Under the pieces are notes generated by a model that saw only the letters and a list, made by a program, of their open reading frames with translations, did no database searches and was not told the origin of the DNA. Made by a program: the position numbers and the translations under genes. This document shows, one piece after another, positions 20,511 to 31,606 of a stretch of 64,000 nucleotides of DNA; the stretch's first letter is position 1; every line of letters begins with the position of its first letter. Origin of the DNA: Bacteroidota bacterium (GTDB taxonomy: Bacteria; Bacteroidota; Ignavibacteria; Kryptoniales; JAKASW01); assembly GCA_023480735.1 (NCBI GenBank), contig JAMCXB010000028.1, positions 280 through 64,279 on the forward strand, read 5' to 3'.

Positions 20511-22337
20511 ATGGGGAAGACTGAAACAATAGGGATTATTATCATAACGCTCGTGCTCTTCGTGTGGATGTTCCTCAACACCCCTAAGCAACCGCCGCGT
20601 CCGAAGCAGCAGACAAGCACCGAACAGGCTGTCGGGACAAGCGGTCAGGGAAAGAACGGAGGCGCGCGTCCAGAACTACCGCCAATTCCCGGAGAGAGAG
20701 AAACCGCTGTTTCGTCGAGCGACACATCCGGACTGAGTCTTTACGGAAGAACATTCGCACCTTTTACACACGGGAACGTCAAGACCATTACAATCGAGAC
20801 GAGTCTCTACAAAGCCGTCCTGACCTCCGAAGGTGGGATGATCAAAGACTGGACGCTTACGAAGTATAAGACATGGAGCGGAGCGCCGGTTGAACTGGTC
20901 AACTACAATCATAAGGGCGACTACAGTTTGCTGTTCCAAACCATGGACGGCAAGCTTGTCGACACAAAAGGCCTCTATTTCAATGCGTCCTTTCCAGACG
21001 GTGAAGTCGTAAAGCTGTCAAAGAACCAGACGTTTAAGGTTAGGTTCGCACTTGACGTAAACGATTCGTCGCGGATAATCCGGGAGTTCACTTTCACGGG
21101 CGGGGTTTACAATTTCGGTTCGCAGGTTACGCTCAAAGATATGGGTCCGTATATAGCGAACTATCAATACCAGGTGACGTGGGAACATGGTCTGAATTAT
21201 TCCGAAGAGAACAGCGTCGACGAATCCAGTTTTTCAACGGCCTATGCCGACAACGGCGGCGATATCGTTTCTCTAGAGGCCTCCAAACTCAATCAACCGG
21301 TCAAACAGGAACTCAGCGGCAATACATCATGGATATCTCAAACCACCAAGTATTTCACTGTTGCGATAGTTTCAAAAGGGAAGCCTGCCGACGGGGCGTA
21401 CCTGCATGGCATTGAGCGAAGCCTGCCGAATAACGGGTTGGAGCGGCAATACTACACAGCACTGCAGATGAGGTTCATGGGGCAGCCGGCCCAGACAGAC
21501 TCATTCATGATTTATGCGGGTCCGCTGGACTACAACCTCTTGAAGTCCTACAACGTCGGGCTAGAAGGGACCGTCGGGCTCGGCTGGCATTGGGTCATAC
21601 GTCCCATTGCCGAATATGTGATGCTCCCCGCTTTTGAATTCCTGCATTCGTTCATCCCGAATTACGGAATCGTTATTATCATCTTCGCGATCGCCCTGAA
21701 GATTCTCCTGAATCCGTTGACTGTATCGAGCATGAAGTCCATGCGGAAGATGCAGGCGCTTCAGCCGATGATGGAGGAAATAAAGGAGAAGTATAAAGAA
21801 GACCCGCAGAAGATGAACCAGGCGGTCATGGGATTGTACAAGGAGTACAAGGTCAACCCGATGGGCGGGTGCTTGCCGATGGTGCTGCAGTTGCCCATCC
21901 TTTATGCGCTATGGGCAATCTTCAGGAGCAACATCGCGCTGCGGCAGTCCGACTTCATCTGGTGGATCAAGGATCTTTCCATTCCGGATACGATTTTCCG
22001 GCTGCCGATCACTCTGCCGGTCGTAGGCATGAATCAGATAAGCGGTCTCGCGCTGCTCATGGCGATTACGCAGTTCATCCAGATGAAGATGACCACGAAA
22101 GATCCGAGGCAGCAGTTCATGATTTACTTCATGCCCGTCATGATGTGGTTGATATTCAATAATCTGCCATCCGGGTTGAATCTGTACTACTTCGTCTTCA
22201 GCTTCCTGTCGATTGGGCAGCAGTATCTCCTGAACAAGAAGCCCATGGAGGAAGTCCTGACCAAGCCGGCCCCGCCTAAGAAAAGAGAGAGGCCGCCGCG
22301 ACCGCAGGTAGGCAACAGAGCGATGAGAAGGATGTAA
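20511..22337 (+). CDS. yidC: membrane protein insertase YidC
   Basis: 608 aa with a large periplasmic domain, then the conserved C-terminal core ...MRKMQALQPMMEEIKEKYKEDPQKMNQAVMGLYKEYKVNPMGGCLPMVLQLPI... Confidence 0.95.
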   Translation: MGKTETIGIIIITLVLFVWMFLNTPKQPPRPKQQTSTEQAVGTSGQGKNGGARPELPPIPGERETAVSSSDTSGLSLYGRTFAPFTHGNVKTITIETSLYKAVLTSEGGMIKDWTLTKYKTWSGAPVELVNYNHKGDYSLLFQTMDGKLVDTKGLYFNASFPDGEVVKLSKNQTFKVRFALDVNDSSRIIREFTFTGGVYNFGSQVTLKDMGPYIANYQYQVTWEHGLNYSEENSVDESSFSTAYADNGGDIVSLEASKLNQPVKQELSGNTSWISQTTKYFTVAIVSKGKPADGAYLHGIERSLPNNGLERQYYTALQMRFMGQPAQTDSFMIYAGPLDYNLLKSYNVGLEGTVGLGWHWVIRPIAEYVMLPAFEFLHSFIPNYGIVIIIFAIALKILLNPLTVSSMKSMRKMQALQPMMEEIKEKYKEDPQKMNQAVMGLYKEYKVNPMGGCLPMVLQLPILYALWAIFRSNIALRQSDFIWWIKDLSIPDTIFRLPITLPVVGMNQISGLALLMAITQFIQMKMTTKDPRQQFMIYFMPVMMWLIFNNLPSGLNLYYFVFSFLSIGQQYLLNKKPMEEVLTKPAPPKKRERPPRPQVGNRAMRRM

Positions 22338-22446
22338 TTAAAAGGGAAGACCCGGTCGAAAGCCAGAGAGGTTATAGCGAAGTAAGTAGGTGTCCGGGGT
22401 CGGACCTATTCCGCTTTGACTTTCGACCGGCGAGTTACAGTTTGAT

Positions 22447-24129
22447 CTAAAACTGGTCCGTGACGCACCCCTCCGAAGCAGGGGACACATTCCTGATATA
22501 CTTGTAAAGCATTCCGCTGGTAACCCTGTAGGGCGGCTCCTTCCATTTTTTCAGGCGATCCTCAATCACTTTATCGGGAACATCGAGGGTGATGCTGTTC
22601 TTCTCGGCGTCAATTGTTATCCTGTCGCCCTCCTGAACTACTGCGAGAACTCCGCCCGCCTGCGCTTCTGGGGTTATGTGTCCGACCACAAACCCGTGTG
22701 TGCCTCCTGAAAACCTGCCGTCGGTAATCAATGCGACGCTTTTTCCAAGCCCGGCTCCCATAATGGCAGAAGTGATGGTCAGCATCTCGCGCATTCCTGG
22801 TCCGCCTTTGGGGCCTTCGTACCTGATGACAACCACGTCGCCGGGGAGAATTTTTTTCTGCTCAAGAGCCTTGAGCGTCTCTTCTTCAGAATCGAAAACC
22901 TTGGCGGGTCCCGCGAATCTCAATCCCTCCTTTCCGGTTATCTTCGCCACGGAGCCTTCCTTTGCGAGATTCCCGTACAGGATTTGCAGGTGCCCGGTTT
23001 TCTTAATCGGATCGGACAGCGGGTGTACGATCTTCTGACCGGCGGCCAGATCGGCAACTTTTTCGATGTTCTCGCCGAGAGTTCTGCCTGTCACCGTCAT
23101 GCAGTTCCCGTCAAGCAGTCCTTCTTTGAGAAGCATCTTCTGAACTGCTGGCACTCCGCCGATATTGTTGACATCTTCCATAACGAACTTGCCACTCGGT
23201 TTCAGCTCCGCAATGTATGGAACGCTGTTGCTGACGTTCTGGAAATCGTCTATCGTCAGCTTGACGCCCACGGATTTCGCAATTGCGATTAGGTGGAGCA
23301 CCGCATTTGTCGAGCCGCCTAGTGCCGTTACCATAGTTATAGCGTTCAGAAAGGAAGTTCTGGTCATGATGTCGCGCGGCTTCAGGTCCCTTTCGAGCAA
23401 ACCGAGGACGGCTTTTCCGGCCGCAAGACACTCCTTCTTCTTGGCGTCGCTGTCGGCAGGAAGGGAAGAGCTGTATGGAAGCGACATGCCGAGGGTTTCG
23501 ATGGCCGTCGCCATTGTGTTGGCCGTGTACATCCCGCCGCAAGCACCTGGCCCGGGGCATGCGTGCTTGACGACTTCATTCATCTCGGATTCTTTTATGT
23601 TCCCCGCTATAAACTCGCCGTAAGATTCGAAAACCGAGATGATATCGAGCTTCCTTCCGCTCCAGTGACCGGCACGTATTGTCCCGCCATAAATCATCAG
23701 GCTCGGGCGGTTCAATCTCCCCATTGCCATGACGGAGCCCGGCATATTCTTGTCGCAGCCAGGAAGCGATATGTTCGCATCGTACCACTGCGCCCGCATC
23801 ACGGCCTCAATCGAGTCCGCGATTATCTCTCTCGATGGAAGGGAAGACTTCATTCCTTCAGTCCCCATGGACATGCCGTCGCTTACCCCGATAGTGTGGA
23901 ATATCAGTCCGACCATTCCGGCCTCCTGCACGCCTTGCTTTACGACTTTTGCGAGATCGTTCAGGTGCATGTTGCAGGTGTTGCCTTCCCAGCCCATGCT
24001 GGCGATGCCGATTTGCGGCTTGTTCATATCGTCGTCTTTGAGTCCGACGCCGTACAGCATCGCTCTCGAAGCGGCCTGAGAAGTCTTTTGGGTCAGTTGT
24101 GAACTATATTTGTTCAAACCGTTCTTCAT
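22447..24129 (-). CDS. ilvD: dihydroxy-acid dehydratase
   Basis: [37 protein letters not shown]. Confidence 0.97.
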   Translation of the reverse strand: MKNGLNKYSSQLTQKTSQAASRAMLYGVGLKDDDMNKPQIGIASMGWEGNTCNMHLNDLAKVVKQGVQEAGMVGLIFHTIGVSDGMSMGTEGMKSSLPSREIIADSIEAVMRAQWYDANISLPGCDKNMPGSVMAMGRLNRPSLMIYGGTIRAGHWSGRKLDIISVFESYGEFIAGNIKESEMNEVVKHACPGPGACGGMYTANTMATAIETLGMSLPYSSSLPADSDAKKKECLAAGKAVLGLLERDLKPRDIMTRTSFLNAITMVTALGGSTNAVLHLIAIAKSVGVKLTIDDFQNVSNSVPYIAELKPSGKFVMEDVNNIGGVPAVQKMLLKEGLLDGNCMTVTGRTLGENIEKVADLAAGQKIVHPLSDPIKKTGHLQILYGNLAKEGSVAKITGKEGLRFAGPAKVFDSEEETLKALEQKKILPGDVVVIRYEGPKGGPGMREMLTITSAIMGAGLGKSVALITDGRFSGGTHGFVVGHITPEAQAGGVLAVVQEGDRITIDAEKNSITLDVPDKVIEDRLKKWKEPPYRVTSGMLYKYIRNVSPASEGCVTDQF

Positions 24130-24262
24130 TTTTTGTTCTCCTGGGTGAGTCGTTATTTTTTAAAATATAAACAAAAAGGAACTGAAACCTAAAGTGTTGC
24201 AATGGAAAAGGTAGGAACAGTTATGATATGCCGTTGCGGCGTCTCGCGCCAGGAGCCGCCCA

Positions 24263-24616
24263 CTACCTTTCTCCGCGGTCCATGTGGAACTTATGGAGGA
24301 ATCTATGAAGCACGGGGGCAAAGAGAACGCCCACGGCCACCAGGAATACTATTCCGGAGAACAGTGCGTATGCAGACGCGAACAATTTGCCCGCATTTGT
24401 GCGAAGTTCATTCACCGGACCCATCCCGCCAAGTATCATCGAAGCGTTGACAGTTGCGTCTATCCAGGACATCCCCTCCAAGACGTGATAGCCCAGTATG
24501 CCGATGGCGAGCGAGAAGAAGATTATGCCAAACGCAAGGAACCCGTGTCGTGCAACACGCCGGACGTACTTGTATCTCGGCAGCAGCGGTTCTTTCTTAT
24601 GTTCAAACATGAACAC
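24263..24616 (-). CDS. small integral membrane protein, function unknown
   Basis: 117 aa with two or three hydrophobic segments around a GGMGPVNEL loop (pore-loop-like, but no TVGYG motif). Confidence 0.5.
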   Translation of the reverse strand: MFMFEHKKEPLLPRYKYVRRVARHGFLAFGIIFFSLAIGILGYHVLEGMSWIDATVNASMILGGMGPVNELRTNAGKLFASAYALFSGIVFLVAVGVLFAPVLHRFLHKFHMDRGER

Positions 24617-24737
24617 CCCGTCTTTTTCGACTGAATATAGTTAATCTCCGTGAACCCGCAAACCTGCGGATTCCCCTTATGTATCTTGAGTAAGCGAGAT
24701 TTCTTTCTTACTATTATAGAACTTCAATAATCACTAA

Positions 24738-26468
24738 ATGTTGGCTAATATGAAAAGACTCCTTTCTCTTGTCTTCGTTTTCTGCCTCGCCGCCGGCACT
24801 TCTCTTGCCCAAATGCTCCCACAGCAACAGCAGCAGGGGGCATCCCAACAACAGCAGCAGCCTTCCACTTCGATACAGATGCCTCAGATCGGCAGCAGCA
24901 TGTTCACTTCCAGCTCCGAATTCTTTCGCAACCTTCAAAGCCAGGGAATGCTTATTCAACCCCCTCCGTATGACAGATCCGTCGACACAAACAGTTACGT
25001 CCTCGGTCCAGGGGATATCGTGAACATAGGTGTATGGGGGCCCACTCCGATTTCGTACAACATAAGCGTTACGCCGGAAGGCTCGATAATTATACCGACA
25101 TTTGGCGTCGTGAGAATCGGAGGCATGACGTTAGCGGAAGCAAAGGCATACGTGAGACAGGATTTGAGCAAGCAATTCAAGAGCGGGGCCATCACCCTTA
25201 CGCTGATTTACCCGCGCTCTTTCTATGTGATAGTATCGGGAAGAGTAAGAAACCCCGGAAGATATACAGTCACCTCATTCGACCGCGTCGACCGTGCGTT
25301 TGAGCTCGCAAATCTACCCAGAAGCGCCAATGACACGACCACTGTCTTCCCGAATTTTTCGCTCCGCAGGATTGAGCTGGTACACAGGGACGGGAGCGTT
25401 CAGAACGTAGACCTCCTCAAGTTCTACATGACCGGAAATCTGTCGGACGATCCGTATCTCAGAGCGGGTGATGCGATAGTCGTACCGGGAGAGAACCTGG
25501 CGGCGGGCAGCATAAGTATTTCCGGGGCGGTGAAGATGCCCGGGAATTTCGAGTATGTTCCTGGCGACAGGTTGAAGGACCTTCTCGAGTTGTCCGGAGG
25601 ATTGACCGGGCTTGCGGACTCGGCGCACGCGAGAATATTGAGCTGGAACGGGAGTAAGTATGATGAACAAACTGTCAACATGGAAGACACGACCGTTCTG
25701 GATCAACCCCTGGCCGTAAATTCGCGCGTCGTCGTGCCGACCGATTGGTCCAAGATAAACGATTATTATGTATGTGTCGGAGGTCAGGTCAAGTCCCCGG
25801 GAATCTATCCGATCTCCGTGGATTCGACGAAACTCAGCACGATAATAAACCTGGCCGGAGGCTTCACACAGTGGGCTTCACTGCCGAAGGCCGTCATATA
25901 CAGAAAGACAGCCCAAGCGTATTCCCGCCAGGCTATAATGCTCGACACTCTGTCATATATTTTCAGGGCGACCGGAGTTTCCCAGGAACAGCTTCAGAAT
26001 TTCTCACAGGAGCTGCTCATGCGGCCGTCGACGGAAGTCGTCTCTACAAATTTCGTGAAGCTTTTTGCCGATAAGGATGAAAAATACGACTGTACTCTCC
26101 GGAGCGGAGACAGCATATACGTACCACGAAACACCTATTCGGTGTATGTCTATGGCCAGGTGAAATATCCGGGTTATATTCAGTATCATAACGGCTGGGG
26201 TTACAAGGACTACATTGAAGCGGCCGGAGGTCCGGCAGAAGACGCAAAGACGGGAGACACGAAAGTAATAAAGGGTGTGACGTACCAGTGGTACAGCGCA
26301 GGAGATACAAGGATCGAACCCGGCGATTTTGTCTATGTTCCAAAGCCTACGATCAAACCGCAACTGTATTCATGGAATCTATTCAAGGATGTCATTACGA
26401 CTATAGGTGCGGTGGCGTCGATAGCTACGACGATTGTCCTGGTCATAAGAACGTCGCAAGGGAAGTAA
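24738..26468 (+). CDS. polysaccharide export protein (Wza-like, multiple SLBB domains)
   Basis: Signal peptide (alternative start MKRLLSL at 24750), a Gln-rich linker, YVLGPGDIVNIGVWG (Poly_export motif), and repeated ...GAVKMPGNFEY / GGQVKSPGIYP / YGQVKYPGYIQY SLBB-like units. Confidence 0.85.
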   Translation: MLANMKRLLSLVFVFCLAAGTSLAQMLPQQQQQGASQQQQQPSTSIQMPQIGSSMFTSSSEFFRNLQSQGMLIQPPPYDRSVDTNSYVLGPGDIVNIGVWGPTPISYNISVTPEGSIIIPTFGVVRIGGMTLAEAKAYVRQDLSKQFKSGAITLTLIYPRSFYVIVSGRVRNPGRYTVTSFDRVDRAFELANLPRSANDTTTVFPNFSLRRIELVHRDGSVQNVDLLKFYMTGNLSDDPYLRAGDAIVVPGENLAAGSISISGAVKMPGNFEYVPGDRLKDLLELSGGLTGLADSAHARILSWNGSKYDEQTVNMEDTTVLDQPLAVNSRVVVPTDWSKINDYYVCVGGQVKSPGIYPISVDSTKLSTIINLAGGFTQWASLPKAVIYRKTAQAYSRQAIMLDTLSYIFRATGVSQEQLQNFSQELLMRPSTEVVSTNFVKLFADKDEKYDCTLRSGDSIYVPRNTYSVYVYGQVKYPGYIQYHNGWGYKDYIEAAGGPAEDAKTGDTKVIKGVTYQWYSAGDTRIEPGDFVYVPKPTIKPQLYSWNLFKDVITTIGAVASIATTIVLVIRTSQGK

Positions 26469-26710
26469 GTAATTAAATCGAGCCGTGATGCAACAGCGAT
26501 TTGTGCATGGTGGTCTCCACAACTTGAAGATCGTGGAGACCAATTGGATGAAGATTCGAGTTGACTTTCTAAAATCGGTAGGTTAGTTTTTTGTGTCGAT
26601 AGCATCGTCGCTCGTGCTTCGAGAGTAATTCCGCGGGAAAGTGGGAATAATGCGAAATTTCTCGAAATTTGAGGCGATTTGAAGTGGGAAATCAAAAAAG
26701 GAGGGACGAA

Positions 26711-26938
26711 ATGGGCAAGGAAATGGCGGAAGCGATTAAGGTTCCGGCAAGCGACCGGACCTACTTCTTTGATGTCAAAGAAGCCAAGAACGGAAAGAAG
26801 TATCTTGTTCTTTCGGAGAGCAAGAAGAACAAAGAAGGGAAGTTTGACCGGCAGAGCATTATGATCTTTCAGGACCACTTTCAGGAAGTATACGAAGCGA
26901 TGAAGAAAGTCGCTCCCAACTTTGGGGTACAGAGCTAA
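26711..26938 (+). CDS. DUF3276 (bacterial PUR-alpha-like nucleic-acid-binding) protein
   Basis: ATG at 26711 with a GGAGG SD. ...DRTYFFDVKEAKNGKKYLVLSESKK... is the DUF3276 core as I recall it. Confidence 0.65.
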   Translation: MGKEMAEAIKVPASDRTYFFDVKEAKNGKKYLVLSESKKNKEGKFDRQSIMIFQDHFQEVYEAMKKVAPNFGVQS

Positions 26939-27054
26939 GAAGGACTAGACGCGAGTCGAAGAACGGAAAGTCCATGGGACTCTTCGGATTGAAATAGAAG
27001 AGCCCCGCTATTATTTTCAACTAAAATTGAGACGAAAGAGAGGAAGGGAATAAA

Positions 27055-27468
27055 ATGGCTCGCAGTGTGAATAAAGTCATCCTGATTGGCAACCTTGGGA
27101 AGGATCCGGAGTTGCGTTATGCTCCAAGCGGATCTGCAGTCGCAAGTTTCAGCCTTGCAACAAACGAACAATGGAAGGACCAGGAGGGAAATCCGCAGGA
27201 ACGGACAACATGGCACAACTTGGTCGTGTGGGGGAAGCTGGCCGAGATCGCCGCGGAATACCTGAAGAAGGGACGAAAGATATATGTTGAAGGGAGGCTG
27301 CAGTACAGGGACTATGAAGACAAAAGCGGAAACAAGAGATACGTGACCGAGATCGTGGTCAACGACCTCGTCATGCTCGGCTCGCGTCAGGATGGCGGTG
27401 AAAGAGAAGAGTCGATGCCGGGTGCACCTCCGGCTGTTTCAGAGGAAAAGGACGATCTCCCGTTTTAG
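27055..27468 (+). CDS. ssb: single-stranded DNA-binding protein
   Basis: [22 protein letters not shown]...[14 protein letters not shown]... with the acidic tip DDLPF. Confidence 0.97.
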   Translation: MARSVNKVILIGNLGKDPELRYAPSGSAVASFSLATNEQWKDQEGNPQERTTWHNLVVWGKLAEIAAEYLKKGRKIYVEGRLQYRDYEDKSGNKRYVTEIVVNDLVMLGSRQDGGEREESMPGAPPAVSEEKDDLPF

Positions 27469-27492
27469 TCGGGAAAAAGGTTATGAAAGAAG

Positions 27493-27526
27493 AAAGCGGC
27501 ACTCCAACGGTGCCGTTTTCTTCTTT
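27493..27526. terminator. bidirectional terminator between ssb and the protease gene
   Basis: AAAGCGGCAC-tccaacg-GTGCCGTTTT stem-loop followed by a T-rich run. Confidence 0.6.
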
Positions 27527-27832
27527 GGAGGACACTAGCTTTAGTGAGAATAGGCGCGCTACTTCATCAGGACGAGCTTCTTCGTCGAAGTAAAGTCGTT
27601 TCCATCGCTCACCACGGCCGACAGTCGATAGAAATAGACTCCGCTCGGTAGGCCGGCACCGCTGAATGCCACAGAGTGAGAACCCGCGGTCTGGTTTGCA
27701 CTAACCAATGTCGCTACGTCGCGACCGAGAACATCGTATATTTTCAGGGTCACATGGCTCACGCCCGGCAGGTCGTAGCTTATTACCGTTGTGGGATTAA
27801 ACGGGTTTGGGTAGTTTTGATACAGGCTGAAA

Positions 27833-28610
27833 CCAGCCGGGGTCGGTTTAACGTCTTCCGCAGTCGGGAAACTGACATACGCGCGGATGAGATAGATAGC
27901 CACAGTCGAATCTGTGTCGGTAACGTAATACCAGCCCGCCGGATTGGGGGACGCCTCGGAAGAGGTAAGATATGTGTAGCTGTGGTATGGATTTTGTCCG
28001 GGATATTCCGTGACCATGACACCCGGATCTGGATTACCGATCACGAATGCTACCGCAAACGGCTGATCCGTGCTAATTCCCATCGATGACAGTTCGACGC
28101 TTGCCCAGTTCTGGTAGGGGACAGGATAGGGAAACGGGGATGAAGCATAGATACTCGCTATGATGGGCGCCACCAGAGGCTTTCCCAGCGGGGTTGGACT
28201 CACGTTCCCTGTAAAGCGGTACACGCCGCCGCTGATGGACCCTCCGTTTCTAAGGGCGACCCGAACGGAATCGAGAACGCCTCCGGGATACGCCCCGAAG
28301 GTTACACAAAGTGTATCCGATACCGACCAGGGGAAATAGCCATCAGGTTCCGCTGTGTCCCATTTCAGTTCCTCTACGGTTGCAGGACCGCTTCCGCTTG
28401 CCTTGTAGCCGACGACCACATCGTTGTTCGGGTCTTCATTGATTACGATAAAAGCGATTTTGGTATACGTCGTTCCGTAATCGGGCACGGAGAACGGTAC
28501 GCCGAAGGGAACATCAGCCAACGTAGAACTGCTCCCGAATTCGACTGCCTTAACCGAAAGATTTGGGTCGGAACCGGGGTTTGTAAACGTAACAGAGAGG
28601 TTGCTTCCAC
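27833..28610. repeat. tandem duplication, unit A (778 bp)
   Basis: Read base by base against 28611-29388 and found identical. The offset is exactly 778. Confidence 0.95.
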
Positions 28611-29388
28611 CCAGCCGGGGTCGGTTTAACGTCTTCCGCAGTCGGGAAACTGACATACGCGCGGATGAGATAGATAGCCACAGTCGAATCTGTGTCGGTA
28701 ACGTAATACCAGCCCGCCGGATTGGGGGACGCCTCGGAAGAGGTAAGATATGTGTAGCTGTGGTATGGATTTTGTCCGGGATATTCCGTGACCATGACAC
28801 CCGGATCTGGATTACCGATCACGAATGCTACCGCAAACGGCTGATCCGTGCTAATTCCCATCGATGACAGTTCGACGCTTGCCCAGTTCTGGTAGGGGAC
28901 AGGATAGGGAAACGGGGATGAAGCATAGATACTCGCTATGATGGGCGCCACCAGAGGCTTTCCCAGCGGGGTTGGACTCACGTTCCCTGTAAAGCGGTAC
29001 ACGCCGCCGCTGATGGACCCTCCGTTTCTAAGGGCGACCCGAACGGAATCGAGAACGCCTCCGGGATACGCCCCGAAGGTTACACAAAGTGTATCCGATA
29101 CCGACCAGGGGAAATAGCCATCAGGTTCCGCTGTGTCCCATTTCAGTTCCTCTACGGTTGCAGGACCGCTTCCGCTTGCCTTGTAGCCGACGACCACATC
29201 GTTGTTCGGGTCTTCATTGATTACGATAAAAGCGATTTTGGTATACGTCGTTCCGTAATCGGGCACGGAGAACGGTACGCCGAAGGGAACATCAGCCAAC
29301 GTAGAACTGCTCCCGAATTCGACTGCCTTAACCGAAAGATTTGGGTCGGAACCGGGGTTTGTAAACGTAACAGAGAGGTTGCTTCCAC
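28611..29388. repeat. tandem duplication, unit B (778 bp)
   Basis: Identical to 27833-28610. The identity extends 2 nt further (CC at 29389-29390 = 28611-28612), giving junction microhomology. Confidence 0.95.
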
Positions 29389-30585
29389 CCTTGAAAATCA
29401 AATATTCCGCCGCGACGTTTTGTACCGTGTCGGTACCGGAAACGTTCGGATTGTAAAAGTCCTCTCCGTTTGACGGAGGGAGATCCGGGTATGCATATCC
29501 GTAAAGGCGATTCGTCGTAGTGTCGTTCAATTCGTTTGCAATGAGCCAGTCTGTAAAGAGGCCGTTGAAGTTCAACGACGAACCGTCTTCCTGGAGGGCG
29601 CCGTTCAGAATAGCCTGAGGTGTGTTCTGCTCACTCTGAACGATGTATTTGAAAATTCCTATGCCTAACCTATCCCAGATGTATAGGAAGAATCTCTGCG
29701 CTCTTGCGTAGTCGTTGAGAACCAGCGTGTTGTCGTTTTTCCGCCAGGTAAAGAGATAAATGTTCGTCTCGTTTGCATATAACGACAAATCGTCAGTCGG
29801 ATATCCGCAGTAGACCTCCGCCAGCTTGGAGCAGCCCTCGTTTATGAAAGTCGGTTCCTGCACCGTCTGATGGTAGTTATAATTTATCATATGCTGGAAC
29901 TCGTGCGCGGTTGTAGACATCGCCTGTTCAATTCCACCGGCCGTTGTCAGATCTGTAGGGTCCGCATCGACATAATAGATTTCAGCCCTGTTGCTGTACG
30001 GCTGATTCGTCTCGTTCGTGGGATCGAAAAACCCGGCAATGTATCCGCCCGTTCCCTTGTACCCGTCCTGTATGTTGCAGATCAGGATTATGATTCTAGG
30101 ATCGTTGTCGACATCTGGAGGGTTTCCGAACGCGTTGACGTCCATCTCGTAAATCCCCTCGTTGGGATTAGCCGGTGTTCTGTTGTCGAAATCGTTTTCG
30201 ATCGAATCGACCGCTGCCTGCGTCACGCGCGTCCCCCAGAGAGAGTCTTCGACAAAGATATAGCAGTGCGAGCCGACGCTCCGGCAGGTTGATGGGTCTA
30301 AATAATATTTAGTGGTTGCGTAGTCATAGACATACCAACTGTGTGTGGTCCCTACGGTAAAGCCCCATGAACTGACCTTATCGAGCCGCATTCTTTCGGT
30401 CAACCCGGGATGTGAGGCAACATACTCCGCCGCCTGCCGGTACTGCCTCTCGAGAAGCGGGGTGCCGTCAATGGGGTAGCTCCTGGTTGTTGGAGTCTCT
30501 TGCACGGGCGTCCTTTGAATTGACTGTGCAAAAGGCTGGCCATAAGCGAGAGCTATGAAGGCGAAAATCAGTGTGAGTTTCATTT

Positions 30586-30921
30586 CTACCTCCGCAATGT
30601 TTCAGAATTACCGTGAATGAGCTTCACGCCGACGACGTAAATTTCTATGCCAAATCTTGTTTCCCGGATCCTGTTGTACGTGAGCACCGCGATTTTTCCT
30701 TGATGCGAGAGGAGGATTTGTTCGATTTCTTTCTTGCAGTTTATTAAGTAGACTCTGTCCTTTGTGACTCTGACCGCGAGCCTGGCAAACGGCTCGTTCC
30801 CGACAACCATAATCTCTCCCGTTGCCTTTCGTGGGTGATCGAAGACTGTCTGCGAGGAGACACAACCTGCAAGTAGTAGTGCCTGTAAGAAGAGAGCCGC
30901 TTTTAAGGTCTTGGTTTTCAT
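30586..30921 (-). CDS. small lipoprotein, function unknown
   Basis: Start chosen at the ATG at 30921 (MKTKTLKAALFLQALLLAGC lipobox). It lies immediately upstream of the protease gene, with only 2 nt between them. The longer 242-aa ORF has no support. Confidence 0.6.
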   Translation of the reverse strand: MKTKTLKAALFLQALLLAGCVSSQTVFDHPRKATGEIMVVGNEPFARLAVRVTKDRVYLINCKKEIEQILLSHQGKIAVLTYNRIRETRFGIEIYVVGVKLIHGNSETLRR

Positions 30922-31120
30922 GTCAAATTTGGCGCACGAACGAGAACAACGCTGAAATTTGGAGGAGTTGTTCGACTCCTTCAAGTCATACGTCAAATGA
31001 TGAAAACATCGGAAACAGGTCTTTACGCATGGCTTATCTTCAAACGGCTGCGATGTTTCTGGTTGTCTTCCTCCGTAGACTTTGGTTTCCAAGTTGCCTA
31101 AATTTTTTCGGAGGTAAATA

Positions 31121-31528
31121 ATGGGTTTTTTGAAGATCAGCCACATCGCCATTGCAGTAGAGAACCTGGAAGTTGCAAAGAAAGCGTTTGAGGCTCTAAC
31201 GGGCAACAAAGTGGAAGTCGTCGAAGATGTTCCCGACCAAAGGGTTTGCGTCGGCATGCTCCCGGTCGGCGAGTCGCGGCTCGAGCTGGCGGGCCCCACG
31301 GATCCGTCGTCCACTATCGCTAAATTTATCGAGAAGCGCGGTGAAGGAGTTCACCACATTTGTTTTGAGGTAGAGGACATCAAAGCCGAACTTACCCGCC
31401 TGAAGAGTGCAGGATTTCAGCTCATTGACGAGCAGCCCCGCTTGGGGGCGGATGGCCACCTAATCGCGTTTATACATCCCAGGACAACGGGCGGCGTGCT
31501 TGTCGAGTTGAGCGAGAAAATGAAATGA
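31121..31528 (+). CDS. mce: methylmalonyl-CoA epimerase (VOC family)
   Basis: ISHIAIAVENLEVAKKAF...GEGVHHICFEVEDI...HPRTTGGVLVELSE. Confidence 0.88.
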   Translation: MGFLKISHIAIAVENLEVAKKAFEALTGNKVEVVEDVPDQRVCVGMLPVGESRLELAGPTDPSSTIAKFIEKRGEGVHHICFEVEDIKAELTRLKSAGFQLIDEQPRLGADGHLIAFIHPRTTGGVLVELSEKMK

Positions 31529-31606
31529 AGAAAAGTCGAAATGGGTTGGCGAAATGCAAGCGGAACCTCCGTCTCGCGCATTCGAATCGTGAGCCCTTTT
31601 TGACCT

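Larger units (their letters stand above)
27559..30583 (-). pseudogene. T9SS-sorted HEXXH zinc metallopeptidase, split by an internal 778-bp tandem duplication
   Basis: The N-terminal ORF (28550-30583) has signal peptide MKLTLIFAFIALAYG and TAHEFQHMINY; from memory this looks hyicolysin/M30-like, unverified. The C-terminal ORF (27559-28800) ends in a Por/T9SS type-A sorting domain (...[18 protein letters not shown]...GVYFYRL...). Deleting one repeat unit gives a single 748-aa ORF. Confidence 0.85.

Noticed and set aside
26965-26973. GGAAAGTCC, which resembles the RNase P RNA P4 signature.
   Set aside because: The intergenic space is only 116 nt, no matching 3' P4 strand (ACAGAAxCCGGCUUA-like) is present, and the motif forms part of a simple local hairpin downstream of the DUF3276 gene.
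27559-28800. The 413-aa ORF as an independent gene with its own start ([10 protein letters not shown]...).
   Set aside because: Its first ~60 codons are an out-of-frame reading of repeat unit B; the same peptide appears in the spurious ORF 27783-28022 from unit A. Only the portion from ...GGSNLSV onward is genuine protein sequence, duplicated from the upstream ORF.
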